Origin: Lama guanicoe
Taxonomy: Eukaryota
NCBI GenBank assembly: GCA_013239625.1
Contig: MU053379.1
Span: 2,524,866 to 2,588,865 of the forward strand
Reading direction: 5' to 3'
DNA length: 64,000 nucleotides
Part shown: piece after piece, positions 51,324 to 63,967 of the stretch
Position numbering within the stretch: position 1 is the stretch's first letter
Layout of the letters: each line of letters starts with the position of its first letter
Program-made: the position numbers and the translations under genes
The notes under the pieces: model-generated
Databases searched by the model: none
Told to the model about the DNA's origin: nothing
What the model saw: the letters and a program-made list of their open reading frames with translations, nothing else

Positions 51324-51584
51324 ATAACCTATAATGGAGAAGAATATGAAAAAGAATATATAGATGGATAACTGAATCACCTTGCTGTGCACCTGAGACT
51401 AACAAAACATTGTGAATCAACTTTGCTTCAAGTAAAAAATTTAAAAAGTTTTGTCTATCAAAAGTACCCTAAAAAGGGTTTTTTTTTAAATAAGTAGATA
51501 CATGGAGAAAATATTTGCATCATATATGGTAGACCAACAATTGAGCTCTAGGGAAAGGGAAAAACCCAACAGGTAAAGGAGATG
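51324..51584 (+). repeat. Inverted duplicate of 50205-50566 (without the SINE)
   Basis: Reverse complement aligns across old-L1 sequence, the junction ggtacttttga and the younger L1 tail. Confidence 0.85.
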
Positions 51585-51840
51585 CATTAACATGTCTTAA
51601 TATTCATTAGAAAATTTCACCTACTCTTTGTTCTTATTTCTTGAAATTTTGTTGACTAGCTGTTCTTCCATATTTACTCTTTTAGAATCTCTTTATTTCA
51701 TTTCACAAAAAAATCTTGTTAGGGTTTTTGATCCATGTTTTAAAAAAATGTTAAAACCCACTAGACTGGGCACTGTTTTGTGTTCTTAAAGCCTCCACGA
51801 TGTATTCTTCAGCTTTCCCTGTCTGTTATTCGTATTAAAG

Positions 51841-51921
51841 GCAGGGCAGACCAGGTCTTGTGGGACCTCAGGTCTATACAATTTGAGAGCGCTCTTTAAG
51901 AAAAGGAATGCAAAATTAGGA
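51841..51921. mobile_element. MER53-like hAT MITE half
   Basis: ccaggtcttgtgggacctcaggtctatacaatttgagagcgctctttaagaaaaggaatgcaaaatt. Confidence 0.6.
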
Positions 51922-52179
51922 CGGCGACAGTGGGGGCTGTGCCTGGGGAGGGGCCCGGACCTCCAGCCTGACTGGCTTCTCGGTGAGCCCGCCGCGGAGT
52001 GGCAGTCTCACTCCGAGAAAAGGCCCTAACAGACGGTACCCTCCCTCCCAGTAGAATAAACCCCTCGTTCGTGGCTTCCAGGCTGCTTAGGTGGTATCGG
52101 CAATGAAACAATTAAATTGGCAGCCTGGGTTGTGTGTCTGGTTGTGTGTTACGTGATACCGCTGCCTCGACTTCTCCCT

Positions 52180-52356
52180 GGGATGGCATCTCACACATGA
52201 GGATCTCCGGGCACATTAAGAACATTAACTAATTAAACCTCACAAAACCCCGGAGACACGGGGAGGGGAGGCGCCGCATCACCTCGCCCAGTTCTGAAAT
52301 GCAGCCGCCTCTGGGGATGAACGTGGCAGCTGCTTCATAACAACGGCAGCACCCCG
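52180..52356 (-). mobile_element. AmnSINE1 (Deu-domain SINE) relic
   Basis: tcacctcgcccagttctgaaatgcagccgcctctggggatgaacgtggcagctg closely matches the reverse complement of the remembered AmnSINE1 core (...CAGCTGCCGCGTTCCACCCCAGAGGTGGCTGCATTTCAGTGGTGGGTGAAGTGA). Confidence 0.72.
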
Positions 52357-52699
52357 AGACACGGCAGCCCGACAGCTAATCGTCCTGGTCGGCAATTGTC
52401 TTGTGAACGTTAGCCTGTCAGACAGCGAGCCTCCAGGATTAATTGTTCGCTGCAAATTTGATCCAGCCTCTGAAATTTCTGGCTGCTTAGTAATTTCGTC
52501 CTAATTACAGAATAAATGTATGCACAGGGGAGGCCCAGATTTCTTTTAAACTGGGCTGTATTTTGAGTAGTTCTTCAAATTTAAAACTTAAGGAAAGACT
52601 TTTTTAAAATAAAGTGCAACTTAAGAATAGAGAATTACTGGTAGAAGTTTTTGTTTAATTCACAAACTTGGCTGCGGAGCAAAACGAGTCAGTGACGGT

Positions 52700-54050
52700 G
52701 GAAGTCAGAGCAGCAGCTACTGCAGGAGGCGCGCTGGCCGGGGGCGGGTGAGGGCGGCTCCTGGGCGCTGGACGGGCTGTGCTGTCTGTGGAGGTGCCGG
52801 TTCCGTGGGAGCGGGGACGGGCCGAGTCGTGCGCCTCACCGTCCACCGCGTCGCTCAGTCACAAGCTGAACCTCAAAAGCGCTCCGCTCTCGCCGTCACA
52901 GGGACGCTAGAAACAGGGTACGGATGATCTGGAAAGTCTTCGCGGGGAACAGGCCGCTTTCAGACAGAACAGGTTTCATGCTCCCCGAAGCATCTTGGTC
53001 CAGAGGAGGCATTCTGAGCCCTTCCTCCTCTCGCGACATCTGCTGCCCGCCTCCTCTCCCAAGAGCTGCTTGCTGCGCAGGGATGCGATTCTCTCGCGGT
53101 CCCTTCAACATTACCTGCCTCCTTGTCTCTGCCTTTACACCTCCCTGAGCATCAGAGTGTTCTCTTAGAATTTCATTCTACTTTCTTCACCTGCATCTTT
53201 GCCAGAAGCAGGCCTAGGGCCTGAGTAACCGGGGATTTGGGGTGGAGAGGTACCTGCAGGGGCCCTGCCCTGGCTGCTGCCGGAAGGGCAAACGCAGCGG
53301 GAGAGGAGGTGTCCGCCGCCCCTGGCCCCATGGCTTCCGCTGCGATGCTTCGAAATGAGAAGACGGGGCAGCAGGCCCCGCTGGGAGCGCAGGCTCTGGG
53401 TCCCTCCTGCGCCTGCGCGGCGCCGCCACCCGGAGAGAGAGCAGAAGGAGGCAGAAGGGAAGGGAGTGGGGGAAGAGCTTTTGAGACAAAATGGGAACAA
53501 CTTTTTCTACTCTAATATTCGGCGAAGGGTCGATACATGAACGCTACCCTAATTACCGACTTTCCAGAACATACAAAAGCAGCAATGCCTCCCTCCAGTT
53601 CTGCTTAGAAAGTAGAAGAAGGTCGCGGCCGCCGAGGCACGGTTCCAATATCTCGAGCTGGGAAGCAGCCCCGGAGCTGTCCCCGCGTTCCGCCCGCGCT
53701 GGCGCGCTGGCTGTCTTGTCACATTCCCACCTAAAGTCACATCGACCCCCGCTGTCCGGGAGGCTCGTGGGCGGCGGTCCGTAAGCTTCCGAGGCGCTCC
53801 TGTGAAAGGTCACGTAGCTCAGGACCTGGCGGGCCAGGGCCTCCCGGGTGGCAGCGGTTTGTCTGCTTGGCTCCCGCGGGGCCAGGTGTCACTTTATCCC
53901 CGTGGTGCGGATGAGGCCAGGGAGAGGTGGAAAGTGGGGCGGGCCGCGGAGACCCCGTTCTGCCCACTCCCGGCGCTGCCCCCAGCAGGGTGACTCTTCC
54001 GACGCTGCGGTGTGGTCACCACGCCGTCCCTGTAGGTGCGAATCATCTCT
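52700..54050. promoter_or_regulatory. CpG-rich intronic region upstream of the 92-nt exon
   Basis: High GC and many CpGs in several clusters. Confidence 0.45.
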
Positions 54051-54082
54051 CTTCTGTCCTCACACCCCTCTTTCTCTCCAAG

Positions 54083-54174
54083 GTGCTGAGCTCGGGAGGA
54101 GCAGCCAGGACACCCAGAGAACAGAGGAGGAGCCACAGGAAGCTGTCTCCCCGGAGGCCAGGGAGCGTGTGCAG
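54083..54174 (+). CDS. CFAP61: CFAP61 coding exon (92 nt; GAELGRSSQDTQRTEEEPQEAVSPEARERVQ)
   Basis: Long pyrimidine tract ending ccaAG, CAG|GTATCG donor. Phase 1 to 0 fits. Resembles the remembered human AELRSSSQ...EELQEPVSP linker. Confidence 0.88.
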
Positions 54175-56029
54175 GTATCGGACGTCATCCGCCCAGCCTG
54201 GAGCTGGCGGGCGTGGGGATGCCCGTGCCGTCAGGGTCAGGGTCAGGGTCAGGATCAGCGGTGTTCCTGGTGCCAGGGTCACGACCCACAGGGGAAAGTC
54301 CTCACTGGCACTAAGATCTGGGGGACAGCGGCCTGGAGGCTGTGTGTCTGTGACGCATCAGAAACTCAGCATCTTCAAGAACACAGGTGGCGATGGAATT
54401 CCCTCTCTCCACCTTCCTGGTTTCAGGGGCTGAGGTGGATAAAGCAGCTCTGTTAAAGCCAGTTAGAAAAGCCGCCTTGTACACAGACTCAAATGAGGCC
54501 GTGTATTCCTTCCTGGCCAACGGCCCTGCAGGCCACAGAAGCACCTGCCATTGTCCCCCGGGGAGCTGCTGGCCCTGCTGGCCCAGCCTGGCCTCAGCAG
54601 GACCCCCACCCGCACCCTCCCACCCTGTGCCCTGACCTAAAGGTGGGCAAGCCCACATGGCAGGAGGCCACAGTCAGCCACAACACAGAGGACATAGGAT
54701 GTTGGGGATGGGCCCGGGGAGCCAGCCGTGGTTCCATCTCTGCCGACCTCTGACCGCTGGTGGTTCACAGAAGTAGAAATGCCCATATTTACTGGGCTTG
54801 GGGTCCTCACCTGCTCCTGTGGGACTTCAGGGCATGTCCCCTGTGTCCTCCAGAACAAGACCTCACCGGGGGTGGGTGGGAGAAGGAACGGGCTTATCTC
54901 TAGGCTGCTGTTGGCAGGCTGGTCCTGCACAAGCACCATGTGTGGCCAGAATCCCAGCCCCTGTTTCGCTGCACAGGCCCTTCCACTTCTGGTCCTCCTG
55001 ACTCTTCCATGCACTGGGCCCTGGAACCCATCCCTGAGCCCAGGATCGAGGGCTGGTGCAGAGCCATCGCTTCCTGGACTCCAGCCCCCAATCTTGGGCA
55101 CCACAATGTTCCCCCTGCCCTTCAGCTCAACAAAGATCTTGGGAAGAAGAAGAGGAGGGAAGACCTTGGTCACAAGACCAAGACACAGCCTTCGCCTGCA
55201 GGAGGGAAGAGGAAGGCCTCCTAACTCCCGTGAAAACGGGAGTGGAGAACATCCCAGAAGAGGGGACTGAGGGACACCGGCACCTTTTCAAGACAGTTGT
55301 AAGGCAGGAACTAGGCTGACGAGGTGGAGCTGAGGAAGGGAATTCATAAAAAGAGCTTCATGCTAGGGGTTCCTGCCTCTGGCAAAGATGGGGTGATAGA
55401 GCCTGGATGGACTGAAAAATGCCAAAAAAAGGTCAAAAAATGAAATAATAGTTTTTAAGACACTGCTCATCAGTTGACAAAGGAGAGCGATGTCCAGGAG
55501 ATGGGAGAGGAGCCAGGGGGGCTTTCGAGTCATCATGACCTCCTGCCTGAGTGAGTTCCCACCACAGCACAGGGCAGGGGAACTGTGGGAGCCCAGGGGT
55601 ACGTCCAGGGGGCTAAAGCCACCAAGATTTGCAGGACAGAGTCCCAGGGAGGAGAGAGCTGCACAGAGAGGTGCTGGACACCAGCAGAGGGTCACTCCTG
55701 AGTATTTGGCTGAGTGCTGAGCAGCACATGCACGTGGGGAGGCTCCTGCGGGTCGGGCTGAGGGAAGACCCTCCCAGAAGGATTAGCGTCAGCAGCGCCC
55801 AGTGCTCACACGAGGCTGGGAAGACTGTCCACCCCGCCAGTCAGCCCGGGGAACCGGAGACTCCCCGACGTTGGGGGAACACACAGGAGGGTCCTGGAGT
55901 AACCAGCTCTAGAGAGGGCACTGCCCCAGGCCTGCCCGGCGCCTCTTTAGAGCAAGAACCAGAAAAACCAGACAGCTTCCAAGGAGCTTGAGTCCCAGAA
56001 CAAAGTTCAAGCGTATTTGTCGAGTACCA

Positions 56030-59000
56030 AGTTATCCAGTGCCCGGGTAGTTTCAATCACAATGTTTGGAATCCAATGAAAAATTACCAGGCACTCAAAA
56101 AACTGGGAATACATGATGTAAGAGGTGGCCATAACTCAGTAGTTGAAACTGACCCAAACCTGACGAGGATGTGAGAATTAGTGGACAGAACATCCAGACA
56201 GTTACTATAACTAAGTAAGTTCCAAAGGCGGAGGCGAGGCCCAGGAGATAGAGGTGCGCACCCCCTTTTGCTGTGCTTGACTTTGTTAGACTTCACGGAG
56301 AGTGCATTTCCTACAGATTAAAGGCTTGTGGCAACCCCGCTTTGTCAGATGATGGCTAGCTTTTTTTTTTTAAGCAAGAAGGATTTTTAAATTAAGGTAT
56401 GTACATTTTTAAAGACATAATGCTATTGCACACGTCATAGACTGTAGTATAGTGTAAACATAACTTCTATATGTACTGAGAAACCAAAAATTCACGTGCC
56501 TCGCTGTATTGTGACGCCTGCTTTATTTGCGGTGGTCAGGAACTGACCCCACGGTATCTCCGAGGTATGTCTGTAAAAACACCCCAAATAAAGCTTCTAG
56601 AGATAAAAACTACATGAGATGAACAATACACTGGAAGGGTGAACCACAGATTAGACATAGCAGAGAAAGAGATTAGTGAAATAGAAGTGAGAATTAAAAC
56701 AACAACAACAGGGTATCAGTGAACTGTGGGATGACTTAAGTACTAATGTGTGTGCAACTGGAGCCTATAATGAAGAGGAGAAAGAGGCTGAAACAGAAAA
56801 CATATTTGAAGAAATAATGACTTAAAAATTCCAAATGTTACGAAAGCAAACACACAGACACAAGTTCAACCAGAAACAAGCCCAGGGAACAGGAGGAGAC
56901 CCACACCGAAGCCCATCGTAATCAGACCACGGAAAACCAGTGATGGAAAGAAAATCTTAAAAGCAGCCAGAGGGAGGGAAAAAGACAAGCTGGGAACGGA
57001 GGAAGGACTGAGGGTACGGGTGGTAGCAGATTTCTTGTTGGAAACAGTGCAAACAAGAGGACGCTGGAGTCACATCTTCAAAAACCTGGAAGAAAATAAA
57101 CTACCATCCTGGAATTTTACATCCACTGAATATGTTTCAAACATAAAGGTGAAAGGAGGACCTTGCCTGCACGCGGGGGTGGGAGAGTTCCTTACTAGCA
57201 GGCCTGTAGACAAGGAACGGGGAAGGCAGTCCTTTGTAGAAGGAATACGATGCCACATGGAAATCTGGATCCACGCAGAGGGCTGGAGGGCACTGGAAAT
57301 GGTAGCTGAAGGGGTAGATGTGTAAGATTTTCTCCTTATTATTTATATCTCCTTGAAAGATAATTGACTGCCTAAGTACAGTGAAAGCATCAGACATGAA
57401 TAGCATGCAGACCGAGCGGGGGAAACGCACGTGCACTGTGTTAGGGTCCTTACGCCGCACCTGGAGTGTTACTGCATCCCCTGAAGATAGACTTAAAGAT
57501 GACACTACATAAACTAAAAAGATACTGCAGTTACAAATCACATTCACAGAGTTACGTATCTAATAAACCTGCAAAGAGATAAAGTAGGAACGTAAAAATA
57601 CACAATTAATCCAAAAGAAGGCAAGAAGAGAGGAAAAGGGGACTAAAGAACAGCCAGGACACACAGCCAACAGTAAGATGAGAGATTTAAACCTGTAACC
57701 ACGTCAATAATTATATTCAATGTAAAATGATCTAAATATCCCAATTAAAGAACGTACAAAGCAGATGCAGAGTGGATTACAAAGCAGGACTCAGTGACGT
57801 GTGGGTCACAGAAAGGCTCTCTGGGTATAAAGATACAATAGGTTCAAATGAAAAGGATGCAGACAGATGCACCATGTTAACACTGATCAAACGAAAGCGG
57901 GAGCAGCTTTATTCATTTCCGACAAAGTGGATTTCAGAACGGGGCGTAGAACCCGGGGTAACAGGGGTCAGGGGTTTAGGATTATGTCCTAAATATTTAG
58001 GCCCCTAATAGTAGAACTTCAAAACACATGAAGCAAAAATTGATAGAACGGCAAAGACGATACACAAGTCAGCAACCGTATTTGGAGATTTCAACACCCC
58101 TCCCTTCATCACTGATAGAACAAGGAGACAGAAAATCGGTAAGAATACAGGAGACTGTAAGAACACTGTTGACCAATTTGACCTGATTGGCACTTAATAG
58201 AACACTCTGCCCAACAACAGCAGAATACACCTCCTTCCCACACGCACACGGAATATTTGCCAAGGGAGCTCATGTTCCAAGCTGCAAAGTAAGTCTCAAT
58301 AAATTTAAAAGGATTCAGTTCATCAAAAGGACATTCTTTCCCGACAAAAGGCATTAGAGGGAAACAAAACTACAAATCAGTAGCTCTCATGAACATTGAT
58401 GGAAAAATTCTAATAAAATTTTTAGTAAATTGAATCAGTATATAAAAAGGACAATACATCATGACCAAGTAGGATTTATTCTGGAAATGCAAGGTTGGTT
58501 TAACATAAGAAAATCAATCAATGTAATTCACCATTTAGAATGTTAGTTCTAAAAAAGAATACCTATATATTTATCTCATAAATGCAGGAAAGGCATTTGA
58601 AAATTTATAATCATTCCTTGTAAAAACTCCAGAAAGCTAGGAATAGAGAAGTTCTTCAGTTTGATAGAGGTTATTTTTTAAAAAACCTGCAGCTAACATA
58701 ATCCTGAATGGTAAAAGACTGAAGAAGGCTTTTCCACCGAGATCAGAAACAAGACAAGTGAATGTCTGTTCTCACCATTTCCATTCAAGATTACTCTGGA
58801 GGTTCAAGCCAGTGAAAAAAGACAAGAAAAGGAGTAAGAGACATCCAGACTGGAAAGGAAGAATTAAAGCTGTGTTTTATTCACAGGTAACATAACTATG
58901 GAATCTGTGAAACAGCTGTTAGAACTAATAAGTAATTTAGTAAATTGCCAAATATATACAAAATTAATATGCAGAGCTCACTTTTATCTCTATATAATAG

Positions 59001-59697
59001 CAATGAACAATCAGAAATGGAAATAAATACCATTTACAAAAGTACAAATACACAAAATGTTTACATCTGACAAAAGATATTCAAGACCTCTATACCGAAA
59101 ACTACGAAACATTTCTGAGAGAGATGAAATAAGACCTAAATGAATGGAGAATTTCCCCTGCACATAGTTTCTGGGGCTCCAGATTGTCAAGATGCCAATT
59201 GGTCAATGAAATCCCAGTCAAAATTTCAGGAGGAATTTTTATAGAAATTGAAAAATTGATTTCAAAATGCATATGGAAATGGAGAGGACCCAGCACAGCC
59301 GAGACAGCTTTGGAAACAGAGCAAGACTGTAGGACTCATGCTACTGACTTCAAGTTTATTATAAGGTTCTTGTAGCTGAGACAGCGTGGTGGTGGTGTCA
59401 AGGCCAGCAAACAGATGAAAGGCACCGAGGGTCCAGGAACAGACTCGGCACGTAATCTCCGGTGACAAAGAGCAGACCTCCGGCTGCCTGTCGTTGGCAG
59501 AGTGGCACCAGGTGGCGGGAGGGCGGGCACAGAGGAGCACAGGAGCTTTGGGGAGTGAAGTGTATGTGCATCATTTTTTGTGGTGATGTTTTTATGGGTA
59601 CGTACATAAGCCAAAACTTTTCAAAGGGTGAACAGTAAACTTTAAACATATGCAGTTTACTGTGTCAATTACTCTTCAATAAAGCAGTTAAAAAAAG
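56030..59697 (+). mobile_element. Decayed, internally deleted old L1 (ORF1, ORF2 and 3' end; L1MC/MD-like)
   Basis: aaaatcttaaaagcagccag, ggagatttcaacacccc, gaaatgcaaggttggtttaacat, tcaaaatgcatatggaaatgg, 3' end cttcaataaagcagttaaaaaaa. Confidence 0.8.
56250..56554. mobile_element. Tigger1-derived MITE (Tigger1a_Art-like) nested in the L1
   Basis: aaggcttgtggcaacccc, ttaaattaaggtatgtacatt...cataatgctattgcacac, terminal atctccgaggtatgtctg-TA. Confidence 0.8.
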
Positions 59698-59982
59698 TGC
59701 AGCTTTCAAATTACACAGAAGAGTGAGGACAGTGGAGGGACAGCTAACATCAGCAGAGAGCCAGGAGGTGCTAAGCCTGTCTCTCTCCACCTGTCCTTGT
59801 TTTATCCCCAGGACAACCTGGGGTGCTGCTCTCAGTCCCTTGGTTCAGATGGGGATGCAGAGGCTCTGTCATTCTTCCAGGCCGCAGAGCAGCAGGGCCA
59901 GGACCTGAAAGCCAGCGCTCTCAGAGCGCGGGCTCAGCCCCCGCGGGGGTTGACTCTCACGTCTTGCCTTTATCATCTGCAG

Positions 59983-60057
59983 GGAAGAATCACTAAAGAC
60001 GCTGCAGTGGAGGAGGCTTCATCACCGGTCCCGAGTGGAAACACTGGCGAAGTGGAG
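59983..60057 (+). CDS. CFAP61: CFAP61 coding exon (75 nt; GRITKDAAVEEASSPVPSGNTGEVE)
   Basis: ctttatcatctgcAG acceptor, GAG|GTGGGG donor. Similar to the remembered human GNIAREAASEEALTAVQSGNVSEPE. Confidence 0.85.
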
Positions 60058-62261
60058 GTGGGGCTTGTGAGGGCTGTCTGGAGGTGGGGGGGGGCAACGG
60101 CGGCCCCCACAAAGCTCACTCCTCCCCACCTGAGTCCTTGCGCCCTTGGCTCGCCAGGCCTCCCCGCCTCTCTCTCCCAGGGGAAGCCGCCTCCCCCCTC
60201 AGGGCCTCCTCCGCTAAGCCCCCTCGGAGAACCTTCGCTGCACTGTGGCCGGCCCTTAGCCTGCGTCCCGTGCACGGCGCACTCCTAGAAGAGGCACTTT
60301 CTACATGAGTTACTTGCCCACAATGTCAGTACATAGGGGTTTTCCCTTCTTCTCATCAGCTGGGGAGGAAACGTTCTGGCTGGCGAACATTTCTCCAGCT
60401 GTACGTAGCGAGCATTCGTGGACACACCTGCCTGCCTTATGTGTCATTCAGACGCATCTCTGGTCCCAGGCACCGCTCCCCTCTGTCGCAGACATAGGCC
60501 AGGGCTGGTAGCCTTTGCCCCGGTTGCCATCCCTGGGGCCCTTCCTCATCCCTGCCCACACCTTCCTGCGTGGCCCTTCGTCAAACCTGCTCTGTCCACG
60601 TCGGCGGGAGCGTGCCTTCTGTTCCTGCCAGAAGCCTGAGGGCTCAGGTGGAGAAGGGCGGGGCTCTGTGGGCCCTGCTGAAAGTGTTGAGCGTCTGCTA
60701 GGAAGCAGAGGAAGGCTCGGGAGGTTTTAAGCGGGAGGTTGGCACGACCAGACATCCTCGTCTCCGGTGATGAGCACATTTCTGAGCCTGCTGGCATCCC
60801 CGAGCACCTCCAGTTGTCTGTGTGTCAGCTCGGGAAATCTAGAGAACCCTTGGCGGCGGAGTAGGGCGCAGGCGGTTGTCAGCCCCATGGCCCTGGGACC
60901 GATTCGCTGAGCGCTAACCCCAGATGTTAGGTTCTGAGAGAGGGCCAGTCTACACGGAACACAGCTGGGGATTAAAAATCTCACTTCATGCTGGTTGAGG
61001 CTGATCTGGAGGCAAAGCTCGGCCCTGTCACACAGACCGATGTCCTCTCCCTGCCCTGAGTTAAACGGGCACCACGTCGGGAGGAGAGGAGAGCGCCTGC
61101 GACCCAGAGCAGGACGCGCTTCTGGGAAGAGCGTGCGCCAGGCGGGCACAGGGTCCGCTTTCTGAGCCTCACTCTAGCACGTGCTGCTGGTCCCCCACCG
61201 CCTCCCCCCGACTGCTCACCCCTCCGCACCCCAAGGACGAGGGCTTCAGTGCCTGGTCTTCCCCCGGGGCCGCGCCCGGGGCAGGTCGCCGTCCACAGGG
61301 CGGTCAGGGACTCAGCCCCCAGCTCCTCCACCTCTCGGGCGGGACAGCTCCCCGCGTGCTCCCCGCACCTCCCCGCCGTCTAGGGGGGACTGACGAGGAG
61401 CCCGCTTGTTCAACCCGCCACGTTGGTGACCTTCCCTTCCTCGCCTCAGTTTCCGCATGCCTCTCGCAGAGTTTCCTGGCATCACTCCCCACACAGACTT
61501 AGCTCTGAGTTTGCTTCTGGGGAAACCACATCAGGCGCCCACCTCTCGTGTCCTGGGGAGGTGAGGGGGGCGCGCAGCAGAGGGGAGCAGCCTCTCCCCA
61601 GGATTTCTCAGAAGGAAATACTGCAGGGACCCAGACGAGGCTGTGGAGCGGGGACGGGTGGTCCACCCTAGGTTAGATGTGCTGGAACCCCAGAGGGAAC
61701 CCGGGTCAGCCTCTCACGTTTACCTCCTCTCCCTCCTGGGGGAAGAAAATCCCACTGAAATCACGACAGTAAGGGAATAAGAAAGACGCAAATCCACAAG
61801 ACAGCAAGGCTGGGAGAGGCAATGCTGCAAGATGAGCACCGTAACAGTGTTTAGAATGAAGGAGCTCGATGGCGGCATTTGCTCTGGCTTAGCACCGCTG
61901 GGAGAGGGGGAGGCAGGGTGTGGTTATGAGGGAGCGGCTTCTCCGGGGACCTCGGGCTCCTGCGGAAGGCGGGGCAAGGACTGGGCTGAGCCCAGGGCTG
62001 TGTGTGACAGTCTGCCGACTGTGTCGGGGACACGAGATTCCCTGTGGGGGCACTTAGCTTGTCCGCTCCTCCCCAAATGAAACGACCAGATGATGGTTCT
62101 CTAGAGGGATGGACCAGAACCAGCTCCTCATCCGGGTCCAGCCTGCAAGGCACGAGGCTGCCTGACGGGGAAAGACAAAGAAGTCGACTTCTCCTTTTCA
62201 GAGGGAGGGCCCCTGCACTCTCCGCCGGCTGTGTTCTCCTGGCAGAAGCCAGGCCTCTGGG

Positions 62262-62725
62262 CTTGTTTTTAATCACTGCTATAACAAATTGCTACAATTT
62301 AATGGCTTAAAGCAACATAAATGTATTATCCCGCAGTTCTGCAGGTCAGAAGCCCCAAACAGGTCTTACTGTGCCAAGATCCAGGTGCAGAGAGGGTCCT
62401 ATTCCTTCTGGAGCCTCTGGGGGAGAGTCCAGTTCTTGCCTTTGCCAGCTCCAGAAGACACCTGCTCTCCTCGGCATGTGGCCCCTTCCTCCATCTCCAG
62501 AGCTGGTAGCATCTTCCAGTCTCTCTGACTCAGACCCTCCTCCCTCCCTCTTGTAAGGACACTTCTGGTTTCATCCCCCCCATCCTCAGATCATCTGAGA
62601 TAATGTCCCTGCCTCAATAGCCTTCCTTAATGACGTCTGCAAAATCCCCTTTGTCCTATAAAGTGCATCCCCAGGTCCTGGGGCCTAGGCCATGTGTGTT
62701 TTGGGGGCCATTGGTCAGTGCCTGA
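62262..62725 (-). mobile_element. ERVL-MaLR LTR (MLT1C/B-like)
   Basis: ctgctataacaaattgctacaatttaatggcttaaagcaacataaatgtattatcccgcagttctgcaggtcagaag...cttgcctttgccagctccaga. Confidence 0.85.
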
Positions 62726-63967
62726 TCAGGTGCCCCATCTCAGCAGTAGCTGTTGAGTTTTGCCGCCCACTAGGCAGTGCTGATTTTAGGAAGCTTGAAA
62801 TATGCTCCATAGATAACAAGGCGGGAACCATGAACGGAGGAGACAAGGAGAAGACCTGGAGCTTGAGAAACGAGGGCAGGTGCTGCCCCAGGCAGGAAGC
62901 GCCGGGCTGGGTCAGAGGAGGGGAGAGGGGACTTGGGGTCAGATGGAGCCTGCTTGTTTGGCAAAGGATGTGGACAAACTCTTGGCAGCTCCGATAACGC
63001 ACAGGGAAAAAAATCAGGGAAGCAAGCGTGCCAGAACCGAGTCCACAAACGAGAACGTGGTCGTAGCTCACTCCCCTACGGTGACACCTGCGTATTTGTA
63101 ATAACATAAATAGTTACTGATTTGGACCTGAATTGCGCTGTAATTACAGGGACGGCCGGGGGACAGGATACTGGGCAGGGGCGTGGAAGAGCGTCCCATC
63201 TGCCCACCACGTTAGTGTCCAGGAGGGGGTTTCAAAACTGAGGAATTAAGACATCGCAGCATAAGAACAGATTCAGACACACAGAGGTAGACGCCTACAG
63301 AAATGGAGAAGTTGGAAGAACTGGCCAGTGGGGGACGAGGGACCCCTAGTTTTCTTTGTACGTCTGTAGAGCTTATATTGTAATTTTGACTGTCTGCACG
63401 CATTACTTCGATTTCAGAGAACTTGGAGAGGGACCTCGGAGTGAGTCATTCCCTCTCGCTGAGCTGTATTCTCACCTCCTTAGATGGTCCTAAATGGGAC
63501 TGGAAGGACTCAGCTCTGACTTTGTGCGTGACTATGGGCAGGGGGGCCTCCCCGGGGCTCCGCCTCACCAGCAAACCGCCTGAACAGTCCCCAGATCCAA
63601 AGATGCTTGTAGCACAACATCACAAGGAAACCCCTTTTGGGGACGGAGATATTTCGCTTATGGAATTAATAAGTGTGTGATAGTACCAGGCTCGAACCCC
63701 CACCCAGTGATGCAGTTAAAATACCGGTCCCGTATCAAAGGCCAACTGAAACCATTTATTTTCTGACCTTTGTGTGAGAACTTGTTTCAGTCCTTACAAA
63801 CGCTGATTATCTCATTAAGAACATGCCCTTGGGACCGCGCCGGGCTCAGTTCGGCGTTTCAGGTGAGATGGTGCCACCTGTCCCGGGAAGTGCAGCGTGG
63901 AGACACAGCAGCCGCTGGCCCATAAGCTGCGGAAAGTGAACAGGTTCCTGCTCTCTCCTTGCTCTAG

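Noticed and set aside
53848..55270. 168-202 aa ORFs around the 92-nt exon
   Set aside because: GC-rich intron read-through with low-complexity peptides and no recognisable domain.
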